A DNA stretch of 64,000 nt, taken from NCBI GenBank assembly GCA_036172245.1, contig JAYWIR010000022.1:1364001-1428000 (forward strand), in the 5' to 3' direction. This DNA comes from Raillietiella orientalis (Eukaryota). The notes below the pieces were generated by a model. That model ran no database searches and was not told the DNA's origin. It worked only from the letters and a program-made list of their open reading frames with translations. The translations under genes were made by a program, and so were the position numbers. Every line of letters starts with the position of its first letter. Positions within the stretch are counted from its first letter, which is position 1. Positions 13,101 through 24,520 of this stretch are shown piece by piece.

Positions 13101-16100
13101 GAACACTTTCTGCGGTCTCTGATTCCTCGCTGGAAACTCATCGGTGTCTCCCTAGAGCCGATTTCCTCGATGGAGGCTCCCAAGAAGATTCTGATAGCAA
13201 ATGTTGCTCTCCCAGGACGAAGGCAGCAGAAACCACAAAGCAGCATCTTCCCTCCTTTGGAATGACTTTCGAACCCGAACAGCTGCTCTCTTGGACATTT
13301 CCTAGTCTCCAGTTTTGAAAGTAGAGGGTCATAGCAGCCGAAAGAACGGACAGATATAGGAGCATGCTGGGCGACGCAAAGATGCAGCGATCCCAAAGAA
13401 TGCGTGACATCCTCGAGTGATTGCTACTCCCTTCCTCAGTGAAACCACAAATGGTCCTCTGTCTCATCAAGGAGAAACGGGGAAGTAGCCAAAGCGCACA
13501 GACAGATGGAATGGCTGGGGAGAAGGAAGCAAGAGCACGGTGCTCCGAGAGCGAATAGTATCCAAGGATGATGAGCCGGAAGACAGGCTTGGCCAGGAAG
13601 CTCACATAGTTTGACTTGACGCAGGAGAATGAGAGGTGCCAGAGAGAGCCATCGCGGCCAAACCCAGCAGCGTTTCGGAGGGAGAAGTTGAAGACAATCC
13701 AGTACAGTTGATATGACAGGACGAGGAGGAATTGAGACCCTTTTCACGTGATCCAAAAAGTATGAAAACATTTGCAAGAGGCACAGATGTTGAGCATAGC
13801 ATTCTGGGAACATGGACAGAGTGTCCTTCAGTTTTGGAGCACTCTGGAACCCACTTGTGGATTCAAAGGTGCAGAGAAAATGTCGTTAGCTCACAGTAAG
13901 TCCTCCCTCCCAATACAAATGAAAGAAAAAAAAGGTTAATGTGTGCTACTGGTAAGGAGAACGTATCAGAAATGAATGGCTATTCTCTGTATCGCTTTCT
14001 CAAAAGAGAAAACACCAATTCAGTCGCAATGTCCACTGGATTGAGGGGTGCCGAGTAATCACAGCAGCAGCTAAGGAGTAAGGTTTCAGCATCAGAATTT
14101 TATCGATCTCGAATTGTCACTGATTTCCAATCCTCCTGCACCCACGATGCCCTTTTCCGAGATGATCCTTTATCAGAATATTTCTAGATCGTGTGTCATT
14201 CTCAAATCGGTTGTCGTTTCCAGGGAAATAAACCAAGGAGTTCTCAAATAGGGTATTCGGATACGAGTGCAAACGGATCATTCGGGGCGACTGGAGGGAG
14301 GGAAACACGGGAGAGCTGACGTTTTCGAGACAGTATTCCCAGGCTGATGGATGGAGTGACCGTGCCCTCTCAAAACTGCGAGGGGACTGTATACCTCTTG
14401 GGTGAGCCCACTTAGGAGTGAAAAAAAAAAAAAAAAAAGGCGTCCCCGGCGCCCCTGGCCACAAAGGAATGCTAGGGACCGATGGGTTTGACAGCCGCAT
14501 CAAAGCCAAATAGGAACTTGTGAATTCCCTGCAAGCTGACGAATACTTTTGGATGCCTCTGCGCGAGGATGGATTACCAGGGCGATCTTTGGGAATAAAT
14601 TTGAAAAGAACAGAATGAATTCTCAGTGGTACATCATCAACTGAAGTTAAGAAAAAATTCCAATTCCACACACACTGATTTTGCCTGAGATTTTTGGACG
14701 ACGGTGGAGGAACGAGTGCGTTGTATGTTAAAAAAGCTCAACATTACAACTGGAGGCTAAAATGATCTCTGCAAGCTGAAGAGATCGCGAAAGTAGCACA
14801 CAGAAGAAAAACAAAAGCGGAATGCCGATTTCAGAAGAGGAGTTCATCTGCATGGATTGAAGACATCACAGGCAGTTCGCAGTTCATGAGCCAAGTTCGA
14901 CCTTCAGGTCGACGAAAAGGAACTTCCATCTTCTTTGGTCGAAAGGGGACACCAGTTCCACACATCCATGCTGCTGGAGAGCACCGGCTTCGTGAGGCAC
15001 AAATTTGGGCACTCGCCACTGAGAATGCAGGCTACAGATCAGAAACTCTCACTTCCGTATCGGAGACGATGTTACAAAAGTCATTTCGAGATCATCGTAG
15101 AGGCTGCAGTTCCTTTACCAGGGATTCGAAACGTGCGACAACTCTCGGGTCGAGTGCTGCTTTTTCGAAATTTCTGCTCTCCGCACTGCAGAAACCCCGC
15201 CCTTTCTGCTCTTGAAATTGATCTGCATTTGCGTTGGATGCCATTCGAGGCAACCCGTGGATGGCTACCGACTGCACTTGTTCGTGAGACCATTTAACTC
15301 AGCAACCCGTTTCGAGTCTATCGGAGAGGAAGGGAGAACGGGGTCTGGATCGGGGAGGCGAACGTGATCGAGCGAGTCTCGTACTGATCCCTAATTTGCA
15401 GCAGAAACCAGTTGATTTCAAGATGTCGCAGCTACATAGATGGAAGTATCGGCATCTACGGATGATGCCCCCACGGGAAGAACTGCTGATGAGTTTCGCA
15501 CGTACCACGACAAGGGTACTATGAGCTGGTTTATTTATACCGCCACCTCTTCAGGAGACCAAACTTTGGAGATTCTCAAGGTGCTAGAGAAGTCGAAATC
15601 CTCAAACGACTGAGGTCCACAGTGATGGAATGTCAGTTCGTCCGTTTTTTCCTGAATGCAAGGCTGCTGCTGTGCAGAACATGCTTTGGCAGGCTGTCGT
15701 TCCTCAGCTGGGAGGCAACAGTAAGCAATCATTCCATCTTCCAGCAAAAGTTCTCATCCTCCTGGAACCTTTGAGACAAACAGCTCTTGGACGGGAACAG
15801 GAAGCTGGGGGGAGTGGCAGGAAGCATTCTAGGTCCTTGAACTTTGGATGCTCGAACGCGCATCCTCGTTCCCTTCCGAACGAACCGCAGTCCTTTCGCG
15901 ATAGGGGTGATACGTGAGAAGGGTCTAGTGGCTCCTGCGTCTAAGGCGCCAGGCCTCGCGATCCGTCTACAGTGGTCTTGCGCGTTCAAAAATATCAGTT
16001 TGAGGCAGACCTTCCTCGCACCATAGGCGTTCGGACGGGATTCCTCCGCCCTTCCTTAGCACCGGAGGACTCTCCCTCCAGCCAAAGGAGTTCAGGTGTT

Positions 16101-16563
16101 TCTTCAGAGTAATAGGCACCCTCCAGATCCATCTTCCAAGGACAGAGGGACTCTCGTCACATTTTGCGCGACGAACCGTGGTGCCTACCCGTTCCTCCTC
16201 GCCCCCTCCGACCGACCACTCCACTAGAGAGTGCCTCTAGCTTCATGGGGGCAGCAAGAGAGAAGAGTCCACGAGGGGAGCAGGTCGCTGATGGTATAGG
16301 GAAGCTGGAAAGGATTCCTCTTTCAGTCCCGTTTAAGTACTCATCTTCCTCTCTCACCCTCTTTCGGATACCGAAAGTGCACCAAGAGAAAGAGAGGAAA
16401 GAAGGATGCATCGCGCCACAGAGGTACGCAGACAGCCCACCCTTCCGGACAAACCTCTCCCTTATGATTCCCAAGCCGTTTTCCCAGATCGGAATTCCTC
16501 CCTCGCTCCTTGAGATAAGGCACGGCGCTCAATCCTAGAGGGATCCGGGGTTGCAAGGAGTAC

Positions 16564-16725
16564 CTTTCCGGCGGTTCCTCACGACCACGGGGCGATTGTC
16601 CTCGCGTCTCCAGATCACCTCTGGCTGGGGACGGCCTCTGGCTCTGCATGTGAGAGTGATGTCACCATATTCCTGCACGCACTCGACGGAAGCGCTGCTT
16701 AGTTCGTCGCTTATGCTGGGAGGCA
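16564..16725 (-). CDS. DIP-delta: DIP/Lachesin-like gene, exon encoding first half of Ig2 (VPPSISDELSSASVECVQEYGDITLTCRARGRPQPEVIWRREDNRPVVVRNRRK)
   Basis: Acceptor ccttctcttccag|, donor AAG|gtactc (weak but phase-compatible). Carries the LTCxAxGxPxPxxxWRRED motif. Confidence 0.93.
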
Positions 16726-19700
16726 CTGGAAGAGAAGGTCCCGGGCCTTTGAAAGACGCGGAGTGTGGATCTACCCGAGCGAGTAAGCGAAGGAGAGTGT
16801 GAAGCAGACAAGCTGAAGAGCGTCCCCGCAAGACGCGGAGCTTCTCGAACGCGAGGGGTGGGAGAGAGACACGGAAGTGGGCAGGGGATGACCTCTTGGT
16901 GCCCCATCGCGCAGGGTGGACGCGCGATCAAAAGCGGCACAGAGCTCAACACTGCGCAAAGAAGCGCGTGTGAGGGATCTCTTGGAAATCTGCAAGCGTG
17001 GATTCAGTGCTCTTCCGCGCGCGCACTCGCGCCGCCTATCAAAGCCAAATCTGTGCGCAAGATTGGGGCTGGACACCTTGCTTGGCTGCGGGAAGCAGGC
17101 TCTGCCCTCACCTCCTTTTGGAGGTCCGGGCTATGGGCCAGTCTTGTCGATTGGGGTGTGCGTGCTGTATGCCCCTCCTCGCAGCGAGCAGCTGCCGGCA
17201 GAATGCACGCACACATGCCTGCGAGGTGTAGCGCACGCATCGTGCACGTGGTCCAGACACTCGCGTGGTGCGCGTGTAGTTTCCGTGGCTCGTGGGCCAT
17301 CGGCACCTGAGATGATTTGCTCTCGCACTTCATCCTTTTGTGGCCCGCTTCCGAGTTTCATTGCGGGATTTTCGTGTCGGGGATGCGGCCTGAAATCTTG
17401 ACATTGGGATCGAGAAACTATGATGGAAACCCCGGCGACGATCTTCCACTCAAAACTCTTAGAAAGGAAGTTTCTTTGGTTCATGATATGCGGGGGCTTG
17501 CGCGCATGATGAAGGAGGTTGCATCTCGAGGCTCTGAGTTCCACAACGAGCTATCAGATTCTCCGAATAAAAGTCCGATGACCAGCCCATCACCTATAGT
17601 ACGGAGACCCTATGGAGAACCTCTCATCCAAACTTGCATCTCCGAACTTTTCCTCTTAGGAGGGACTCTTTCGAAGAGAGCGTTTCTATGAAAAGCGACG
17701 GGTAAGTGGGTGACACCGTTGACACGGAAGGCCACTCGAGAAAGTCCTCGATTTTCGCAAGAGGTCTGGCAGGGGGAACGTTCGCTCTTACGACTCCTTT
17801 CCTTCTTTGTCCACAGAGGCAGAAGCGTGGAGGGAACGAGGGAAAGGTATCCGAAGGATATGAATTTCGCCCCGACCATTCCGAGTCAAATTGGTCTCAG
17901 GGAGACAGCGCACCAGGCCACATGCGTGTCCAGAAATGTATACCCTTTACCTTCAGGAGCAGGAATCCCAGCCCTCCTGATCTTGCTCAGTGTCTCTCCC
18001 GCTTCTGGATTCTTCGCTGCCCCCAGAGGTGGAGGAGGACGCGCAAAGAACGAAGCGGAAAGTTCTCAAATCTGGAGCAGCACGAAAGGAAGAAGAGACA
18101 GATTCCAAGCCAGTGAACTCCAAACGGAAGAAAAGAGGGGAGGGGGGGGGGAGGAAAAATCGTCCGGAAGGAATTCCCTGGACGATTTTGCCACTACGAA
18201 ATGTTCTTCCTGGTAATCGAACGCAAATTGCAGAGGAATGCACTTTCCTTCTGTTTCTTTACGAGTTTCCTCCAGGGACCCATCAGTTCTTTGTGTACTT
18301 GTCCCCAAATCTCAGGATCTCTTCTTATCCGTAGTGGGACATCCATCGATTTCGCCTTTTTCGGTTGCTGTTGAAAGCCATCAATTCCGGATCCGTCAAA
18401 GCCAAAAGAGCGCTGGCCATCCCAGCTGATTGGTTTCTTACGTCGCTCTGAGCGGGGAAGATGTGGCTGCCCAGATAAATCTCTCAAGAGCAGAACGAGC
18501 TATTTTTAAGAGATCTTGAGTGGTACGGAAGCCGTTTGGGACCAACAGCCGAGTCGCGGGTTAACCGGGTTCTCAGGTTGCTCTTTCGACCTCTGGCAGA
18601 ATAAAGGAGACGCCACGAGATTGGAAATAGCCCGGAGCCCTTTCCGAGGGACGAGTGCTGTCGACGCCAGTCCGCGCACACTAGAGAAGTCTGGCCCACG
18701 CCATTTGTTTGCATCCTTTTGCCGTTCCTGCAGTGTGCTGAAGGCTCATGTGGTCCCGCAGTGAAGCTCTACTGCATCACATTTGAGCCCTCAAGTTTCA
18801 TGCCACGAGCCCAGGAATCTCCTGGAAACGAACAACTACTTTTCAAAATTGGAAGCGGGATGTCCTTATCGTGTTGCATCCTTGTTTGGAATTACAGAAG
18901 AAATGGCGGGAACTACAGGAATGACGGCACTGACGTTTTTGTACAGTGATGATGGATGCGTCAGGTGCATTTCGTCCTTGGCATCTCACTGGAGATAGAA
19001 CAACCTCTGGTGCCTTTGATGCACCTGATTCACAACACCGACTAATTCTGGATCGTGCCTGAGTAAAATCGATGTGGTCATTGGTGTTCTTTCTGGTGAC
19101 GTTGAGCTTCTTCATTCGTGCATCTACGTCCCTGCACGAACGACCGTTATACTCCTGGCACCGTGAGCACGATCCCACCAGCATCTTTTTACTCGGCATC
19201 ACACGCCTATTTAGCAGGTCTCTGTTCCGACTGTGACAAGAAAGCAGTCCAAAGAAACGGAGCACATGGAGTAAGGAATGCCGAAACACAAGGGAAAAGG
19301 AGGAGCACCACGGAAAGAAAGACTCTCTCATGGCTTCGATCTGGAGAAACTCCGCCTTGGATATCTGTTGGACATCTGAACAATCCTGGTTATAAAGATT
19401 CGTGGTCGCGTACGTGGGCCGCAGATAGAAAAGGTCTCTCCTCCACTTTTTCAGTGGAGGCGGAGGCTTCAGTGGAGTCTTATCTACTTTTTCAGCCTTC
19501 CAATGGCATTTCGAAATTTCTTCTGCTTTCACCGGTGTCACAAAAGAGAGTATGCAGGATTTCTGCTTCCTTTCAATTTCTCTCAGACTTCGTTCGTTTC
19601 TTTCTGCTCAGTTTTCATGGATTCTCTCTCATTTTCATGACTTCTGGCTGTTGGATCTGGAAGATTAGCGATGGATCAGTCTCGTTCCCATCTGCGACAT

Positions 19701-22486
19701 GAGTTTTCCCTGGAAGAAGTCTCGGTGAGCTCAACCTCGAGGTTCGAATTCCGAGAAAGGGTCTTGCACTTTCATCTCCAAGAAGCAGATCGCGAGCCGA
19801 AGAAGACAAATTCCTTTTCCGGTTCTCTCTCAATGTAGAGAGCTCGCGTGTTTTCAGACCTGTCTGGGACACCTTGAAACAGAATTGAACTTTCTCGAAT
19901 GAATTGCAGCCAATTAAGTTAAGGAGCCTGCAAGCGCTCACGGGGATATATGTATATATGAAGAAAGAAGTGTCCTCAAGGTTGCGCATCCAGTTTCCAT
20001 GGTCACAAACGAGAAATGTGAACTTTGCGGCTGCACCGCCTCTCTTCAGTGGCCGCCTAATCATTGCATCTTCGATATCCAGATCTCACCTACAATGTCT
20101 ACATTATTTGGTCTGAGAGCAAATAATTTTTGAGAAAGACTTCCATTTTGAAACATGAGCTCGGTTTCCCTGGAGAGCAGTGATAAAGCCCCTAGTGCAT
20201 CCACGTCGGTAAAGCGCGAACCCATGTCCACTGTCTGCTCTGTTAAAACTAAGATTGCCAGCCGGGTCCGAGTTGGGTCCGAGCAGCCTCCCATACAACA
20301 CTGTTTGCCTAAATAACCGTCGTTCTCGACTTATTACGATTCGAGAGCTAACTTTATCTGGGTATCTCGATGGATCGGGGAGCGAGGTTCTCCTATGGGG
20401 AATTAAAACTCGAATCTTCCGAGACAGACTGCGCGCATCTATATTTCAGAATCAGCTCTTATGCAAATCGAACGGTGAGTGACAGATGCTCCGCGATGAG
20501 AATTCGATAATCCTCTCTCTCTCCTATGGCTGCTGCAACCGGAGTGGAAGGACGGCTGCTCCGAAACCACTAATTGGATTTATATTGTAATCTTTCTGTG
20601 GGATGTCGGAGACAGTTACCCCACGGAGTAGCACCATTGGAATAGAACAAAGCCTTCTGAGAATCCGGTGGCCTTACTTCGAAAAAAAAGGGTGTAGTAA
20701 ACCTCCAATGCATTTGCATTTTCTAGTTTCTTCCTGAGAAAACTTCCTGAGAAATAGAGAGTGCATTGTTCTCCGGGAAGGGAAGCGGAGGGTGATTTTC
20801 CAAGAAGAAACTGGATTCTTCGCTGCCCTCGCACGAAATTGTTCCCCGTAAGGAGTCCAGAAAACAGAGAGAAGGATAAACGGAGAGAAACGTTGCGAGC
20901 AGAAGTAAGGCTTCTGGGATCTGATGCGTCGATAGGGAGCCCGCATCTAAGAGAGCATGTGGGATTGGTTTGCCACTGTCGGGAGTTACTTTTTATCCTG
21001 CAACCTCCGGATGAAGACGATCCATCTGTTTCGATAAAGACCGGAATCTTAATAACAGTCCAGTCTCGAAGTTCAAAGCAAAAAAGTTTAATGCAGACGG
21101 AGTAAAAAAGCGGTCGGTGCTGCAAATGATCATCAAATGCAGGGATCAAGATAGGAATGATTTCGCGGGTACGTTTGAAACGTTGAAGAGAGTAACCTCT
21201 CTCCAAACCTTCCGTTCGGCTTTTTTTGTTTGTGAATATCACAGAAGGGGGATCTTGCAATCCGAAAAGAAATAGGAAATGGTTTGGAACTCAGAATTCG
21301 CGATCCTGGTTTCAGTTGACAACAGGTTCTGGAAAAGAAATCAGAAGGTCACCGTTTGGTCCTTTGAAGCTCATGGTAATTCAAGAGTGGTCAAAATGGG
21401 AACACTCTGGAATTCGAGCAACAGTAAGGAACAGGATAAGAGCCACTGACTAAATTGCTTTTGGGGATGGAAAAATACTGACGGATGCTTCTCCCAAGGT
21501 GGTGAGACCTAATCCAAGCAGGTGAAGATTCGCTTCTGGAGGTAAACATGCAAGTTTGACCGTTTCCTTGTCGCCTCTGTTAATCTTGTCAACGAAAAAT
21601 TAGTAGAAAGATTGACTACATGTCCCAAGGAAGAGCACGATCACCGTGCACTCTCCTTCATGGAAAACATAGGCGCCGTTTCTTCGGATGTAAGAAGTTC
21701 CAAGAAGTATTGGAGCTGTGGCTGCTGGAAAGTGGTTTTCCACTATGGACGCAATGAAACATCTTTAGTGTTCAGCACATTCTCCTCGCTGAGATGTGTT
21801 ACCGGAAAAGAAAGGCACGTGGGTAGCACAAAGTTTAGTGACTTCTCTTCATTCTTCTGCGTACTACAAACAGGAAACGACCACCTCCTTCGGTGTAACT
21901 TCCCCCTGATCCCGTCCTCTTAGGAAGATGTGAGAGGGGTGGAATCCATCGTTTCGTGGGAGGACTGTGCATTCTAGAAGGACCCGAATGGGTCCACATC
22001 TCAAATGAAGAGATCTGAATAGATCGGGGTCGAAAGTCACTTGGATTGCGCAGATTCGCGAGTCTGAAGCCTATAGCAGATGAGACAAGCTAATTACATG
22101 GAGAAGCCTTGAGATGAAAATGAGACACCATATCACCACTGCTACAAACATACAGAAAAAAATGATGCTTTTTTTCCATATGTCTTCAAATCATTCTTTG
22201 AAGCTTTCTCGCTGCTAAAAGCACTCAGAACCGCTTTCGAGATATTGTCTTACAGAAATATGTGGCTTGAAATATGGAAAACTTGTTTCTTTTCTTCTTC
22301 ATAGAATCTTTTTTGAAACAGTGATCTGGCTGCCAGAGTCCCTACTTGTGCAAACAGCTCATGAGACACCTGCCATATCAATGAAACATACGAAGATGGG
22401 ATCACGATGATATGGAAAGTGCTTATGAACATAATAAAGAGGGGGAATAAAACAGATAGTAGATGGAATGAATCTCAAGAGAATTT

Positions 22487-22586
22487 CCATTCAGCATGTT
22501 TCCTCATGAAACATGCTGAATGGGAAGCTGAATGCTGAACTTTCATGAGGATTCAGCATGCTGAACATGCTGAATCCTCATGAAAG
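22487..22586. repeat. Two adjacent perfect inverted repeats
   Basis: Arms at 22487-22502/22508-22523 (16 bp) and 22540-22560/22566-22586 (21 bp), each with a 5-nt loop. Confidence 0.95.
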
Positions 22587-23832
22587 AAGAGCAATGCTCA
22601 TTCTTCTCTGAATTTTTGTGAGGGTGTGAGTGAAGTTAAACTAAAGAAAGAAAGGGGTGATTCAGGAGATAGCCTGAGTAGTTTCGAAATAATAAAGATT
22701 TCCAATCGTGATGATGGGAGGACACATCCGCTGAATCTGTAAGAAACTTTCGCAGAGGTGCTGTTGAAGTATTGAAGCTCTCAACTTCTGATCATCAACA
22801 TTTTCGTTTTCTTCCAGCTTTGAGTTCCACTTGATTTTCCACAATGCATTGAAGGAACATTGAGATCATGTTTAAGAAAGATGCATCCACCAGAGGTTCT
22901 TACCCGAGAAACCTCTGAGACTGTTGAGATGCGAATCAGGGAGGAATTGACCCTCGAGGAGTTTGGACATTTGTCCATTTAGGAGGCATATGGACCGGTT
23001 TTCAAACTGCCTTCGGGCGATCTTGACCTCAAGTTAGTGTGGAGAGAGAAAAATCCATTTTCACAGAATAGAATGCATAGAGGCGTACTTCATGCTTCCT
23101 GATTTCGAGGATATGAAAGGAAGACATTTATTCGTATGCTCACAAGGTGTCGGTTGCACGATGATGAACAAATCGTAGTATGATCCCATGCTCTTGATGA
23201 TGGAGGGCAAATTACAAAAGCAAACTGATTCCATACACCTATGAGTTTCTGTTAAATTCTACTCGATGCACTGGAGGGGTGATTATTTCTTCGGTAGGAT
23301 TTTTTCCAGGAGCCAGCAGCATGCATCACTAACCTACGTGTTGATGTCTCCAGAATGCTCACTTCAGATTAGAGTTTTCTCACAGAGGTCCACTCAATCA
23401 AGGAGAGTACTCTTGTTCGGGATACTTCATTGGATTTTTGCAGTCATGCTATCCTCCAAGGCCATCTAAAATGGTTCTGAGGAAGAAGTCTGTTTCGAAA
23501 CACCAAGGTGATTCGATGCGACCTTAGCATGAGGACCTAATAGAATTTCAAGTCTGATGTCGAAGGAACAATAGCCGGCGCAAGCAGAGGATTTCGCGTG
23601 GTCAAGTGTGCAAAGGGAGTAGGAATAAGCACTACACATCCACGCGCCGTATGATGAGCGTAGGCTTTCACGAAGATTTGGCCTATTCCACAATTACATG
23701 GTACGTATCGATGCTTTTTTGTCTCGACATGTCCGTTTTGAGAGTGTGGCTAACGGTATTTTGTCGACGGAACGGAAGGATGGATTCGGCAGATGTCTTT
23801 CTGTTTGATCTGTACTAAAAACTCCGGCTTAC

Positions 23833-24043
23833 CTAATATTTCGAGGTGTCCCGTCTGTTTCATCATTGGCTCCGTATTCACCTGGCACATGTAAGTGCCT
23901 CTGTCCTCTTCTTTGACGTCCTGGATATGCAATTTCCACATACGCCCGTTCTCGTGCCTGGTCACGGAGAACCGCGACATTCTGGTTACAACGCGGTTGT
24001 GAACGGTCAGCACCATTTGCCGATCTACATGAATCCATGCAAC
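23833..24043 (-). CDS. DIP-delta: DIP/Lachesin-like gene, exon encoding rest of Ig1 (VAWIHVDRQMVLTVHNRVVTRMSRFSV...DRGTYMCQVNTEPMMKQTGHLEIL)
   Basis: Acceptor ttttttctaag|, donor G|gtaagc. Has Ig hallmarks W and DxGxYxC and the DIP motif YMCQVNTxPM. VAWIHxDRQM resembles Drosophila DIP-delta as recalled (not searched). Confidence 0.95.
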
Positions 24044-24149
24044 CTTAGAAAAAACAGAGAAGGTTGTTAGGCACTTCGAAGCAAGGTCGAAGGGCCTGGA
24101 GACAACAAAAAAGTTTCAGGTGGACGAGGCAAATGCATTCAGCCTTAAC

Positions 24150-24520
24150 GAAGACTTTAGATCAAGGCAGCGGGAATCACTCATGGCCACATCTGTTCTT
24201 TGAATACACACCTTCCCAATCTCATTGAGAAGGTGAGATTTGGTTAATAAAGAAGCAAGCATTGTCTGATCGATGCGATGATAGTTGAGGGAATGCGAGG
24301 AGGAGGAAAAGAACGAAGTCTTTGTGTATTTAGGATGGATTTGAAAAGGTAAACGAGAGAAGATACGAAAGTGGTAGCGAAAGCACCGCAAAAAAGTAGG
24401 TGTTGCTTGTCAAGGAAGTGGGAAAGTAGCGGATGCTTTTCGCCTGAAATGTTAAAATACCTGAAGGTTGCATTGGTGCATGCTGGAAGCAAATGAAGAC
24501 TAAAACTTTTCATACCATGG
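24150..24520 (-). mobile_element. Decayed repeat, possibly a Penelope-like RT remnant
   Basis: Shares TGATAGTTG...GAGGAGGAAAAGAACGAAGTCTTT...TTTGAAA with 32157-32230. Minus-strand GKVCIQRTDVAMSDS resembles the PLE RT motif GKxYxQxxGVAMGS. Confidence 0.4.

Noticed and set aside
15200..15293. Minus-strand VSRTSAVGSHPRVASNGI as a candidate or alternative Ig2 exon
   Set aside because: It lacks the YxC cysteine and proper spacing. The real exon is at 10035-10163.
16812..16845. CTGAAGA followed by a GCGTC/GACGC stem (hammerhead-like)
   Set aside because: The stem is followed by GGAG rather than the required GAAA, and stems I and III are missing.
18843..19702. 232-aa and 194-aa overlapping intronic ORFs
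   Set aside because: No recognisable motifs, non-ATG starts and no splice support.
23476..23520. Hammerhead-ribozyme-like CTGAGGA-stem-GAAA-CACCaaGGTG
   Set aside because: There is an extra base before stem II, no proper NUH cleavage triplet and no stem I pairing.
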